Assembly (NCBI GenBank): GCA_043801585.1
Contig: JAZDLX010000007.1
Location: 64,001 to 128,000, forward strand
Origin: a bacterium
GTDB lineage: Bacteria; Electryoneota; Electryoneia; Electryoneales; Electryoneaceae
Length of the DNA: 64,000 bases
Reading direction: 5' to 3'
Positions 28,199 through 37,189 of this stretch are shown piece after piece (position 1 is the stretch's first letter; the number at the start of each line of letters is the position of its first letter). The notes under the pieces were generated by a model, which worked only from the letters and a program-made list of their open reading frames with translations, did not search any database and was not told the DNA's origin. A program made the translations under genes and the position numbers.

Positions 28199-28714
28199 AT
28201 GAACCTCACGCCGTTGGACATTAGAAAACAGGATTTCAGCCGGCAGATGCGCGGCTACGATGTGGATGAGGTGCGCAGTTTCCTCGATTTGATCGCTGAG
28301 CAATTTGAAGCGTTGCGCAGCGAGCGGGACGAACTGATCAAGCATGCCGAGTTCCACGAGTCGAAACTCAAAGAGTATCAGCAGATGGAGGGCAATCTTC
28401 AAGACGCGATGATGAACGCCCAGAAGGCCGGACGCAGCGCGGAAGAGGAGTCCTCGAAAAAAAGTGAACTACTGGTGCAGAATGCCCGGCTTGAGGCGGA
28501 CAGGATCATTTATGAAGCCCGCCGCAAACATCAGCAACTTCTTGACGACGTGCATCGCCTGGAGGGGCAGCGCCGTTCGTTCATTTTGAAGATGAAGCAG
28601 ATCCTGCGTGGGCAGGTGGAATTGCTGGATATTCTTGAACAGGAAGCTCTCGAAGACAGTGAGATGTTGAAAAAAAGCCTGTCGGGTGGAAAACCACCAG
28701 TTGGAAATGTCTGA
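28199..28714 (+). CDS. divIVA: DivIVA domain protein
   Basis: LTPLDIRKQDF...RGYDVDEVRSFL followed by a coiled coil. Confidence 0.92.
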   Translation: MNLTPLDIRKQDFSRQMRGYDVDEVRSFLDLIAEQFEALRSERDELIKHAEFHESKLKEYQQMEGNLQDAMMNAQKAGRSAEEESSKKSELLVQNARLEADRIIYEARRKHQQLLDDVHRLEGQRRSFILKMKQILRGQVELLDILEQEALEDSEMLKKSLSGGKPPVGNV

Positions 28715-28717
28715 ACT

Positions 28718-28746
28718 TTGCTCCATTAAATGCCATATTATACAAT
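28718..28746 (+). promoter_or_regulatory. sigma70-type promoter ahead of the dksA leader
   Basis: TTGCTC-17 nt-TACAAT, followed by an AT-rich discriminator. Confidence 0.6.
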
Positions 28747-28765
28747 TAAATAGGAATAATTATAA

Positions 28766-28936
28766 GACGAAGAGGAGTGACTCGGCGAGTACTCTTGTAG
28801 AGTCCCGGACAGGGAGCGAAAGCTGGGTGAAGATCGTACCTTTGACCGCTCTCGTCAGATCGATTTGACGGGCGGACGGGACACAAAACAGAATCTGCAG
28901 GGCCGACCAGGCTAACATTGATGCATAAGGTGTACC
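28766..28936 (+). ncRNA. Candidate structured 5' leader RNA with T-box-like features
   Basis: Several complementary segments with GU pairs on the + strand, AGTA/GAA loop-E-like elements, an AGGGAG...GGTGAAGA motif and GAA-G-ATC-G. No antiterminator was found. Confidence 0.4.
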
Positions 28937-29338
28937 ATGGCCAAGAAAGACGGAATGCGCCGTTATTCGACAAAGGATCTGCCGCATTTCCGGAAGATCA
29001 TCGAACAGAAGCGTGAAGCGGTTCAACGGGAGCTCGGATACCTCGAGGAGAATTCGTTGAAAACTCTCGAGGAATACTCCGGTGATTCCTCGACCTATTC
29101 GCTGCACATGGCGGATCAGGGCACGGATGCGCAGGAGCGGGAGAAGGCATTCCTCTTTGCTTCGCGCGAGAACAAGTTCCTCGGTCATTTGAATCGAGCG
29201 CTGGAACGCATGGAAAGCGGCGTTTACGGAATGTGTGCAGAATGCGGTCAGCCGATTCATTACAAGCGGCTCGAGGCCGTGCCACACGCCACACTCTGCA
29301 TCGATTGCAAGAAGAAGCAGGAAGAGGAACGGCGTTGA
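28937..29338 (+). CDS. dksA: TraR/DksA C4 zinc-finger protein
   Basis: HMADQGTD coiled-coil tip and YGMCAECGQPI...RLEAVPHATLCIDC. Confidence 0.93.
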   Translation: MAKKDGMRRYSTKDLPHFRKIIEQKREAVQRELGYLEENSLKTLEEYSGDSSTYSLHMADQGTDAQEREKAFLFASRENKFLGHLNRALERMESGVYGMCAECGQPIHYKRLEAVPHATLCIDCKKKQEEERR

Positions 29339-29500
29339 ATCCCGGCCGACGGAAGAGGTCGGATGGGAGAGAGCCTGACATCGTCTGAACCAATTGATTT
29401 AAACCCTCTCCTGTATTCTGCCTCTCCGCCGATGTTGTTCAAGCGGTACCGTCCCTTGAAAAGTCCTTCACCCGCCCAATCCATCATCCGGAGACCGGCC

Positions 29501-30127
29501 GTGACCCGAACCGTTCGACACTACCTGCCACTGACACTCACGCTGCTGGTCATCTTTCTGGATCGGCTGACGAAAGTGATCGTGTCGCACTCGATGAAAC
29601 TGCGTGAGTCGATCCCTTTTCTTGGGGATACGGTTCGATGGACGTACATCCACAACGATGGAATGGCGCTGGGGATCAACCTGATCAATACGCGCACTCT
29701 GGGCATCCTTTCGCTGCTTGCCGTCATTATCGTGACGTGGGTGTTCATCCGTGTCAGTGACGATCCGAAGGGAATTCGTTGGATTCTGGCTGCGATTCTC
29801 GGTGGCGCGGTGGGCAATACCTATGACAGGTTGGTGCATGGATACGTCATCGACTTCGTCGATGTAGACCTGCCGAATTTTCTCATGGAACGTTTTGCGG
29901 TTTTCAACGTTGCGGATTCTGCGGTATCCGTAGGAGTAACGGTGCTGATCCTGATGCTGTTCCTTCAGAAACAGCATGAAAAGCCGTTACAAATACCCGA
30001 GCTGGATACTCCATCGATGAACGCTCCCTCCACGAAAGAAACTCCCATACCTTCCAATGAATCCATATCCGGCGGGACTGAAACGCCGGGCGGATCCGAT
30101 GCAGCGAAGGAAACGGAGGAGGCATGA
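29501..30127 (+). CDS. lspA: Lipoprotein signal peptidase II
   Basis: DRLTK, NDGMALG, GAVGNTYDRL, VIDF, FNVADS. GTG start after GGAG. Confidence 0.95.
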   Translation: MTRTVRHYLPLTLTLLVIFLDRLTKVIVSHSMKLRESIPFLGDTVRWTYIHNDGMALGINLINTRTLGILSLLAVIIVTWVFIRVSDDPKGIRWILAAILGGAVGNTYDRLVHGYVIDFVDVDLPNFLMERFAVFNVADSAVSVGVTVLILMLFLQKQHEKPLQIPELDTPSMNAPSTKETPIPSNESISGGTETPGGSDAAKETEEA

Positions 30128-30894
30128 AACGTCTGACGCTCGCATGCGTGCTCCTTTTCACCCTTGTCGCAGGATCATCTGCGCAGACCTTCCCGAAGCC
30201 CCAGGGTTTTGTCAACGATTATGCCGGTGTGATGTCCTCAGGCGACCGCCAGCGACTCGAGTCGTTGGGACGGGAAATCCAGCAGAAAGCTGACATTGAA
30301 TTTGCTTTCGTGACCATCGATACCATCCCCGAGGGCGAGGACATTTCTCTTTATACCGTTGAGTTGGGGCATGCCTGGGGGGTTGGGAAGAAGGGGGCTG
30401 ACCGCGGCGCAGTACTCCTGTACAAAACGGGACGGAGCGATGGGAGCGGCCGTCAGGTGTACCTGGCGACGGGGTACGGACTTGAGGGTCAGGTTCCCGA
30501 CGGCGTTGCGGGACGAATTCTGGACCAGGTGACGATTCCCTATCTGAGTCAAGAGAAAATCCTCGAGGGATTTGCCGCTACTGCTGTCGCAGTCGTGCAA
30601 CGTGTGGAGCCCAAAGTCCGGCTGACAGGCGAGATGTCACGCCAGGTGCAGTGGGATAATAAGGGTCGGGAGATGAGCCCCATCGGCATCATCTTCATGA
30701 TCATCCTGTTCATCGTCCTGATGTCTTCCCGCACCGGCCGTGCAATTCTTTTCGGTATGTTGCTCAGCTCGATGTTCGGTCGCCGCGGTGGGGGTTGGGG
30801 TGGCGGCGGATTTGGCGGCGGTGGATTTGGCGGAGGATTCGGTGGTTTCGGTGGTGGCGGTTTCGGTGGTGGCGGCGCCGGCCGTTCCTTCTAA
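30124..30894 (+). CDS. TPM domain protein (YgcG-like) with Gly-rich tail
   Basis: VNDYAGV, WGVG, TGYGLEG, one TM helix, GGGFGGGGAGRSF tail. Confidence 0.92.
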   Translation: MKRLTLACVLLFTLVAGSSAQTFPKPQGFVNDYAGVMSSGDRQRLESLGREIQQKADIEFAFVTIDTIPEGEDISLYTVELGHAWGVGKKGADRGAVLLYKTGRSDGSGRQVYLATGYGLEGQVPDGVAGRILDQVTIPYLSQEKILEGFAATAVAVVQRVEPKVRLTGEMSRQVQWDNKGREMSPIGIIFMIILFIVLMSSRTGRAILFGMLLSSMFGRRGGGWGGGGFGGGGFGGGFGGFGGGGFGGGGAGRSF

Positions 30895-30907
30895 TACGGA
30901 GTCAGAG

Positions 30908-31624
30908 ATGGACCAGAGAATCAAGGGCGCAGTCGAATCGAGCGTCGAGCTTTGGAAGCGTGTGTGGGGTGACTCTTTGCAGTCAATCCATCTTTACGGT
31001 TCTGCTGCTAGGGGCGATTGGTCTGCGAAGACAAGCGACGTCAACCTCCTGCTCCTTGTCGAGAGCGGTGACTACAGCCAGTGGCCGAATGCGGCAGATG
31101 TGGTCAAGAGGAAAACGAAAAAGGGATTCGCGGTTCCGCTGATTCTTTCGGAGAATTACGTGCGCTCGTCGCTTGACGTCTATCCCATGGAATTTCTGGA
31201 CATCAAGCTGTTTCATGAAACGCTCCATGGGAGCGACTTCTTTGACGAGGTGACGATTCGTCCCGAGCATCTGCGGTTGCAGGCGGAGCGGGAGGTCAAG
31301 GGCAAGTGGGTTCAACTGCGCCAGGCAGCCCTCGAACGTGGAAGCAGCACAACGGCGATTCGCGAACTGCTGGCGATGAGCTCGGCGACGTGGAGCGCTG
31401 TTTTCCAGGCGCTCCTGGTGATCGAAGGGAAGGACGTTCCGCCCGACCGCAAGGAAGTCATCCGGCAGGGGGCGGCCTTGGCGAACGTGGATCCGGACGT
31501 TTTTCTGAGAGTGCACGCAGTTCGTCATGAACGCAGAGCGATGAACCGGCTTGGCGCCTGGGATTTGCTCATGAAGACGTTGAAACAACTTGATCATCTG
31601 GCTCGGTTCGTCGATGCGTGGTAG
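30908..31624 (+). CDS. Nucleotidyltransferase-fold (Pol beta superfamily) protein of unknown function
   Basis: LYGSAARGD...SDVN, then SLDVYPMEFLDIK and LRLQAERE. Confidence 0.75.
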   Translation: MDQRIKGAVESSVELWKRVWGDSLQSIHLYGSAARGDWSAKTSDVNLLLLVESGDYSQWPNAADVVKRKTKKGFAVPLILSENYVRSSLDVYPMEFLDIKLFHETLHGSDFFDEVTIRPEHLRLQAEREVKGKWVQLRQAALERGSSTTAIRELLAMSSATWSAVFQALLVIEGKDVPPDRKEVIRQGAALANVDPDVFLRVHAVRHERRAMNRLGAWDLLMKTLKQLDHLARFVDAW

Positions 31625-31705
31625 TCCTGAGCAGGGGCGGACAGAGTTACATTTGAATCATCCTATGTCCGCGCAGGGCGGACACTTTTGTGCAAGGAGG
31701 TATCC

Positions 31706-32281
31706 GTGAAACGTGGAACGGTCACGATCCTGATCGTCGTCGGAGTACTGGTTGTCGTTGGATTTTCCATTTTCTCGTTTGTCCGGGGTACATACAACTC
31801 GCTCGTCAACATGGAAGAAACGGTCAATGGCTCATGGGCGGAGGTTGAAAACAACCTTCAGCGGAGATATGACCTGATTCCGAATCTCGTGAACACGGTC
31901 AAAGGGTACGCCAAGCAGGAACAGCAGGTGCTGCTGGGAGTCACCGAAGCGCGTGCAAAGGTCGGCGGCGCCACAAACCAGGGGCAGCGGATGGAGGCGG
32001 AGAACGAACTTTCCGGCGCTCTTTCCAGGATGCTGCTGGTCGTAGAGAATTACCCGCAACTGAAATCCGATGCCAATTTCCGCCAGCTTCAGGACGAGCT
32101 CGCGGGAACGGAAAATCGCCTGGCTGTTGCCCGGAAACGGTACAACGATTCGGTGAAGAACTATAACGTGATGCTGCGGAGTTTCCCGCAGAATATCATC
32201 GCGGGCATGTTCGGCTTCGTGAAAAAGGAATTCTTCCAGGCACCTGCAGCATCGCAGGGAACGCCAGAGGTGCAGTTCTGA
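31706..32281 (+). CDS. lemA: LemA family protein
   Basis: [50 protein letters not shown] before the GTG. Confidence 0.96.
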   Translation: MKRGTVTILIVVGVLVVVGFSIFSFVRGTYNSLVNMEETVNGSWAEVENNLQRRYDLIPNLVNTVKGYAKQEQQVLLGVTEARAKVGGATNQGQRMEAENELSGALSRMLLVVENYPQLKSDANFRQLQDELAGTENRLAVARKRYNDSVKNYNVMLRSFPQNIIAGMFGFVKKEFFQAPAASQGTPEVQF

Positions 32282-33069
32282 TGATTCCACCCCCCGGACA
32301 AACCGGGGTTGTTGCGTTGGTAACGGATTTCGGCATGCAGGACGACTACGTTGGTCAGATGCATGCCGCAATTCTGTCAGTGAACCCGGAACTGCGGATT
32401 ATCGATCTTTGTCATTTTGTTCCGGCTGGGAACGTCCGGCCCGGAGCGTTCCTTCTCTATCACGATCTCGGGATCCTGCCAGAAGGATCGGCTGTCGGGG
32501 CTGTTGTCGATCCCGGGGTCGGGAGCAGGCGGGCTCTTCTGGCTGCGGAGATCGAGAACCGGTATCTCGTGGCTCCGGATAACGGATTGATCGCACCGCT
32601 GCTGGACCGCGATCATCACGCCCGTGTGTATCGCCTGGAAAATCGTGAGTGGGTGCGATCGCAACCGTCCTCGACGTTTCACGGCCGTGACATCATCGGA
32701 CCCGCTGCGGCGATGCTCGCCTCGGGACACAACGTCGAGGATGCGGGACCTCCGGTGCAGCATTGGGCGTCAATAGCGATTCATCCTGTGGAACAGGAGG
32801 ATGGTTTCGCGGGTGAAGTGATGTGGGTTGACAGATTTGGAAATCTGATCACCAATCTGACGGCGGATCAGGCCGAGGGTCTGACGTTGTGGATTGATGG
32901 ACGGCCAATCAGGCGGGTTTCCACCTTTGTCGACGCTGATTCTGAAGAAATTGTCTACCTGATTGGCAGCAGAAACACTGTCGAAATCGTCCGCAACGGC
33001 GATTCGGCTGCTGAGGCTCTTGGTCTTGGACTGGGGGCGGTTGTTCGGCTCGTCAGGGAACCCGTATGA
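32281..33069 (+). CDS. SAM hydroxide adenosyltransferase (DUF62; chlorinase/fluorinase superfamily)
   Basis: TDFG, VVDPGVGS, PDNG, STFHGRD, DRFGNLITN. Confidence 0.93.
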   Translation: MIPPPGQTGVVALVTDFGMQDDYVGQMHAAILSVNPELRIIDLCHFVPAGNVRPGAFLLYHDLGILPEGSAVGAVVDPGVGSRRALLAAEIENRYLVAPDNGLIAPLLDRDHHARVYRLENREWVRSQPSSTFHGRDIIGPAAAMLASGHNVEDAGPPVQHWASIAIHPVEQEDGFAGEVMWVDRFGNLITNLTADQAEGLTLWIDGRPIRRVSTFVDADSEEIVYLIGSRNTVEIVRNGDSAAEALGLGLGAVVRLVREPV

Positions 33070-33131
33070 ACAAGCGTTCCCGGCCGGACAACGTGACCAC
33101 CTCGAGAAATCCATCGAGGAAGGGAGACTTC

Positions 33132-34535
33132 ATGAGTGATCGGATACGTCTGGATGTCACCCGGATGTTTGATGATGCAGTAGGTGAAGAATTTGGTGTC
33201 AGTGCGGAAGACCTTGACAAGCATTGGGCGAAGGTCGAAGCCGCACTTCAGGGGCTCGAGGCTCGCCGTAAGGCGGGTGAATTGCCCTTCTATGATCTGC
33301 CGCAGGAAAAGGACACAGTCAAGCGCATCCAGGAATACGCAGATAAGAACAGAAGCAAGTTCCGCAATGTCGTCGTGCTGGGAATCGGCGGAAGTGCGCT
33401 GGGGTCGATCGCCCTCCAGGAAGCGCTCAAACCAACGCTCTGGAACGAACGTTCCGATATGGATCGTGACGCTCCCCGTCTATTCGTCCCGGACAATCCG
33501 GATCCCGAGTATCTGGGTGCGGTCATGGACATTTGCGATCCGGCGGAAACGCTCTACAACGTGATCACAAAATCCGGGAGCACTGCTGAGACGATAGCCG
33601 CCTTCGGAGCGCTTCTTGGACCCCTGAAAGAGGCAGTGGGCAACGATTTCCGTGACCACATTGTCTTTACGACCGATCCGGCCAAGGGAGCACTTCGCCA
33701 GACAGCCCGGGAGGAGGGCATCACGACCTTCTCGATTCCATCGGGAGTCGGAGGAAGGTTCAGTGTACTGACTCCTGTCGGACTACTCCCCGCGGCGCTC
33801 ATCGGAATCGATCTGGATGAGCTGCTTGGTGGAGCTGCGGAGCAGCGTGAGAAAGTATTCAACAGGGAGTTCGACAGGAATCCCAGTGCCGCGTTTGCGC
33901 TTTTGCAGTTTCTTGCGCACACGCAGCGCGGTCAGAAGATCCATGTGATGATGCCCTATTCGAACGCCCTTTATCGGACAGCCGACTGGTTCCGGCAACT
34001 TTGGGCGGAATCCCTCGGCAAAAAGAACAACCTGAAGGGCGAAACGGTCAACCAGGGACCGACACCGGTGGCGGCGCTTGGTGCGACGGATCAGCACAGC
34101 CAGGCCCAGCTTTACGTCGAAGGACCGAACGACAAAACCTTCACTTTCATCTTCCCGCAGAGCTACCGCCGGAAAGTGACAGTTGGGAAACATTTTCCCG
34201 ACATCGAGACGATCGATTATCTGTCCGGGGAGGATATTGGCGATCTGCTGAGGGCGGAGGGAGAAGCCACGCAACGGGCATTGACCGCCGCTCACCGTCC
34301 CAACATGGCGTTTCTGCTTGAGGAAATTGCTCCGGATACCGTTGGCGGCCTGATGTACCTTCTTGAGGCGGCCACATTGGTGGCTGGAGCGCTCTATGAG
34401 GTGAATCCTCTTGATCAGCCTGGGGTCGAGGCAGGCAAGGAAGCGACCTATGCACTGATGGGCCGTGCGGGTTACGAAGACATCGCGGCGGATATTGAAC
34501 GTGAACGAAAGCGATCGTCTCGTATCGTTTCGTGA
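33132..34535 (+). CDS. pgi: Glucose-6-phosphate isomerase
   Basis: GIGGSALG, TKSGSTAET, VGGRFS, QLWAESLGK, DQHS, DQPGVEAGK. Confidence 0.97.
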   Translation: MSDRIRLDVTRMFDDAVGEEFGVSAEDLDKHWAKVEAALQGLEARRKAGELPFYDLPQEKDTVKRIQEYADKNRSKFRNVVVLGIGGSALGSIALQEALKPTLWNERSDMDRDAPRLFVPDNPDPEYLGAVMDICDPAETLYNVITKSGSTAETIAAFGALLGPLKEAVGNDFRDHIVFTTDPAKGALRQTAREEGITTFSIPSGVGGRFSVLTPVGLLPAALIGIDLDELLGGAAEQREKVFNREFDRNPSAAFALLQFLAHTQRGQKIHVMMPYSNALYRTADWFRQLWAESLGKKNNLKGETVNQGPTPVAALGATDQHSQAQLYVEGPNDKTFTFIFPQSYRRKVTVGKHFPDIETIDYLSGEDIGDLLRAEGEATQRALTAAHRPNMAFLLEEIAPDTVGGLMYLLEAATLVAGALYEVNPLDQPGVEAGKEATYALMGRAGYEDIAADIERERKRSSRIVS

Positions 34536-34550
34536 AATTGGAAGGTCATT

Positions 34551-35591
34551 ATGAGCCGGCAAGAGACATGGCCAGCCGGAATGGAGATCACACACCAGGG
34601 AGAAACCTGCAACCATGCGCTGGTGATTCAATCGGGAACCGTGCGCCTGTCCCGCCAGGTGGGTGCCAATAAAGTTCCGATCGCTTTGCTGGGTCCAGGT
34701 GACATTCTCTCCGCGGAGTGCCTTTTCAATGACCCTCCGCTGAATTACAATGCGGTCGCAGTCGATGATACAGAGGGAGTTTCGGTAACTCTCGATGACT
34801 ATCGGGACGCTGTCGAGCAGAATTCCGAATGGTTGCAGCGAATCATCCGCAACGGAATGGAACGCGAACGTGTCGCTGAACGGCCTGTCCGTTCGAGCCT
34901 GTCGACTCTCTATGGAATCGGCATTCTCCTCTACACCTTCCTCAGGTTGAAAACGGAAGAAGAGGACTTGATACCACGGATGTCGCTCGCGTCGCTGCTC
35001 GATGAACTGATCAACACCCTGCCGCTTTCCCGAGGATTTATCCATCCGGTGCTGAATGGCCTTTCGCACGTGGGACTTGTGGATCTGAAACTCTCTGACC
35101 CTTATTCGCAGTCCATCGAGCTGCCTAACGAATCCCTGCTGCTGGGATTTCTCAATTTCATTCAGCGTGCTTCGGACATGCACAGCGGATTGTTGACTGG
35201 ATCGGGGATGCCGATGCCTGCGGAACTGTCCGGTCCTACTTCCGATCTGCTTGACCATTTCCTGACGATGCCAGAGTACTCCGAACGCCTGTTCAATCCC
35301 AGTCGCGCACTGGTTCATCTTCAAATGGATAAGATTCTCGAAAACATTCGTGAAACCCGGGGTGATCAATTTGATCTGGAAAAAGCGTTTTCCGGACTCG
35401 AAAAGTGGAGCGTTGTCAAACGGATGAAGGATGGAGGCCAGACGTCGGTTTTCCTTGATCTTCGGGCAATGCTTCGGTTGAACATTCTGCGGGATCCTGA
35501 GGCCAACTACATCGACATCATCGAATTCCTGCTCGGACTTATGTACGAATCCCGTTTTCCCCAACCCCGGTCGGTTCCGAATCAGGTGTAA
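34551..35591 (+). CDS. Divergent cNMP-binding domain (Crp/Fnr-like) protein with extended C-terminus
   Basis: ITHQGE, IQSGTVRL, LGPGDI, and a wHTH-like SRGFIHPVLNGLSHVGLV. Confidence 0.7.
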   Translation: MSRQETWPAGMEITHQGETCNHALVIQSGTVRLSRQVGANKVPIALLGPGDILSAECLFNDPPLNYNAVAVDDTEGVSVTLDDYRDAVEQNSEWLQRIIRNGMERERVAERPVRSSLSTLYGIGILLYTFLRLKTEEEDLIPRMSLASLLDELINTLPLSRGFIHPVLNGLSHVGLVDLKLSDPYSQSIELPNESLLLGFLNFIQRASDMHSGLLTGSGMPMPAELSGPTSDLLDHFLTMPEYSERLFNPSRALVHLQMDKILENIRETRGDQFDLEKAFSGLEKWSVVKRMKDGGQTSVFLDLRAMLRLNILRDPEANYIDIIEFLLGLMYESRFPQPRSVPNQV

Positions 35592-35625
35592 TTTCCTTTC
35601 CTACTTGCGTGGTGATGAAGATTCA

Positions 35626-35654
35626 TTGCAGGGTTTGAAACAGGGACGTATATT
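35626..35654 (+). promoter_or_regulatory. sigma70-type promoter for purF
   Basis: TTGCAG-17 nt-TATATT. Confidence 0.65.
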
Positions 35655-35706
35655 CCGCTTCCCAAAAGGGAACTCGCGACGGCTGATACGCACGGGAGTC
35701 TGCCGG

Positions 35707-37113
35707 ATGGCCCTTGAGACGTTGAAAGAGTACTGCGGTGTGATGGCGGTCTGGAACGCAGAAAATGCGGCAGAACTGGCCTACCACGGCCTGTACTCCC
35801 TGCAACACCGCGGTCAGGAATCCGCGGGCATTGTCAGTACCGACGGTGACCATTTCTACCGGCGTCTCGGAATGGGAACACTCACCCAGGTCTTCGATTC
35901 CCCGGAACTGCTCCATGAACTCCACGGCAACACCGCCATCGGGCACAATCGCTACTCTACAACAGGTTCCAACTCCCAGTTGAACATCCAGCCGCTTTCC
36001 GCGGTGCTCCGTGACGGCCCAGTGGCAATTGGTCACAACGGGAATCTGGTCAACACGCGAAAACTGCGAAAAGCCCTGCAGGAAGATGGCGCAATCTTCC
36101 AGAGCACCACCGACAGCGAGATCCTGATTCATTTGATGGCCCGGTCCCGTAAGGAAAAACTCCTTGACCGATTCCTTGAGGCGCTGGGGAAGGTCGAAGG
36201 TGCGTACTCGCTGGTGATGATGTCCCGTGACGCCATCTACGCCGTGCGTGACCCTCATGGCTGGCGTCCGCTGGTCATCGGCAAGAAGGGAGATTCCTAT
36301 GTCGTCGCCTCCGAATCCTGCGCGTTGGATCTGCTTGGCTATGAACTGATGCGGGACATCAAGCCGGGGGAACTTGTTGTTCTGGACCAGGAGGGGATGC
36401 ACTCCATTCAGTACGCGAAAGCCGACCGGACTCATTTCTGCATTTTCGAACTGATCTACTTTTCCCGTCCCGACAGCCGGACGCTCGGCGACAGTGTTGA
36501 CAAATTCCGCCGCAAGATGGGCAAGAACCTTGCGGTGGAGCACCCTGCGGATGTGGACATCGTCATCAGCGTTCCGGACAGTTCAAACACCGCGGCGTTG
36601 GGGTTCAGCCAACGAAGCGACGCAAAATTCGAGATGGGACTGATCCGAAACCACTACATCGGCCGCACCTTCATCCAGCCGACGAATGCCATGCGTGAGA
36701 TGGGTGTCAAGCTGAAATTCAACCCGGTCGCTGGTGTACTGAAAGACCGCAGAGTTGTTGTCGTCGAGGACAGCATCGTTCGCGGGACAACCCTCCGGAA
36801 GCTCACCGAGCTGATCCGCGGAGCGGGGGCGAAGGAGGTTCACGTTCGCGTCTCGTGCCCGCCCATCCGGTTTCCCTGCTATTACGGGATGGATTTCCCT
36901 TCGCGGGAGGAGCTGATTGCGAACAATCACACCATCGAGGAGATTCGCGAGATCATCGATGTCGACTCTCTCGGGTACCTTTCTGTGGAAAAGTTGCTTG
37001 AAAGTGTACCGAATGAAAGTGGCCAGGGATACTGTACCGCATGTTTCACTGGTCACTATCCCATTCCTCCGGACGGGGACGAGGAGACGGGAACGAAGGA
37101 GCGTTATTCTTGA
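35707..37113 (+). CDS. purF: Amidophosphoribosyltransferase
   Basis: Propeptide then catalytic CG, LQHRGQES, GHNRYST, VEDSIVRGTT, and Fe-S Cys residues (YCTACF). Confidence 0.98.
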   Translation: MALETLKEYCGVMAVWNAENAAELAYHGLYSLQHRGQESAGIVSTDGDHFYRRLGMGTLTQVFDSPELLHELHGNTAIGHNRYSTTGSNSQLNIQPLSAVLRDGPVAIGHNGNLVNTRKLRKALQEDGAIFQSTTDSEILIHLMARSRKEKLLDRFLEALGKVEGAYSLVMMSRDAIYAVRDPHGWRPLVIGKKGDSYVVASESCALDLLGYELMRDIKPGELVVLDQEGMHSIQYAKADRTHFCIFELIYFSRPDSRTLGDSVDKFRRKMGKNLAVEHPADVDIVISVPDSSNTAALGFSQRSDAKFEMGLIRNHYIGRTFIQPTNAMREMGVKLKFNPVAGVLKDRRVVVVEDSIVRGTTLRKLTELIRGAGAKEVHVRVSCPPIRFPCYYGMDFPSREELIANNHTIEEIREIIDVDSLGYLSVEKLLESVPNESGQGYCTACFTGHYPIPPDGDEETGTKERYS

Positions 37114-37139
37114 TTATATTTAAAGATCACTGGTGGAAC

Positions 37140-37172
37140 AACGCCCCGGAACCTCGCAGGACCGGGCGTTTT
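37140..37172 (+). terminator. Hairpin with short U-tract after purF
   Basis: AACGCCCCGG...CCGGGCGTTTT. Confidence 0.45.
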
Positions 37173-37189
37173 CGTATGAAGGAGTCGTG

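Noticed and set aside
28766..28916. RNase P RNA, 6S RNA or lysine riboswitch after divIVA
   Set aside because: Too short for RNase P and lacks intact GAGGAAAGUCC and ACAGAAnnCGGCUUA. No closing stem or symmetric bubble for 6S. Lacks the CCGAA and 3' core elements of the lysine aptamer.
30787..30880. GGT/GGC-rich tandem repeat
   Set aside because: It simply encodes the normal GGGF tail of the TPM protein.
32281..33069. Halogenase (fluorinase/chlorinase)
   Set aside because: The STFHGRD and DRFGN motifs and the housekeeping context fit the common DUF62 SAM hydrolase. There is no biosynthetic cluster nearby.
33783..35564. 593-aa antisense ORF, and similar long shadows (9226-10488, 13239-14318, 19069-20163, 37846-38901)
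   Set aside because: They overlap well-supported + strand genes and show no motifs. Such shadows are expected from codon bias in GC-rich DNA.
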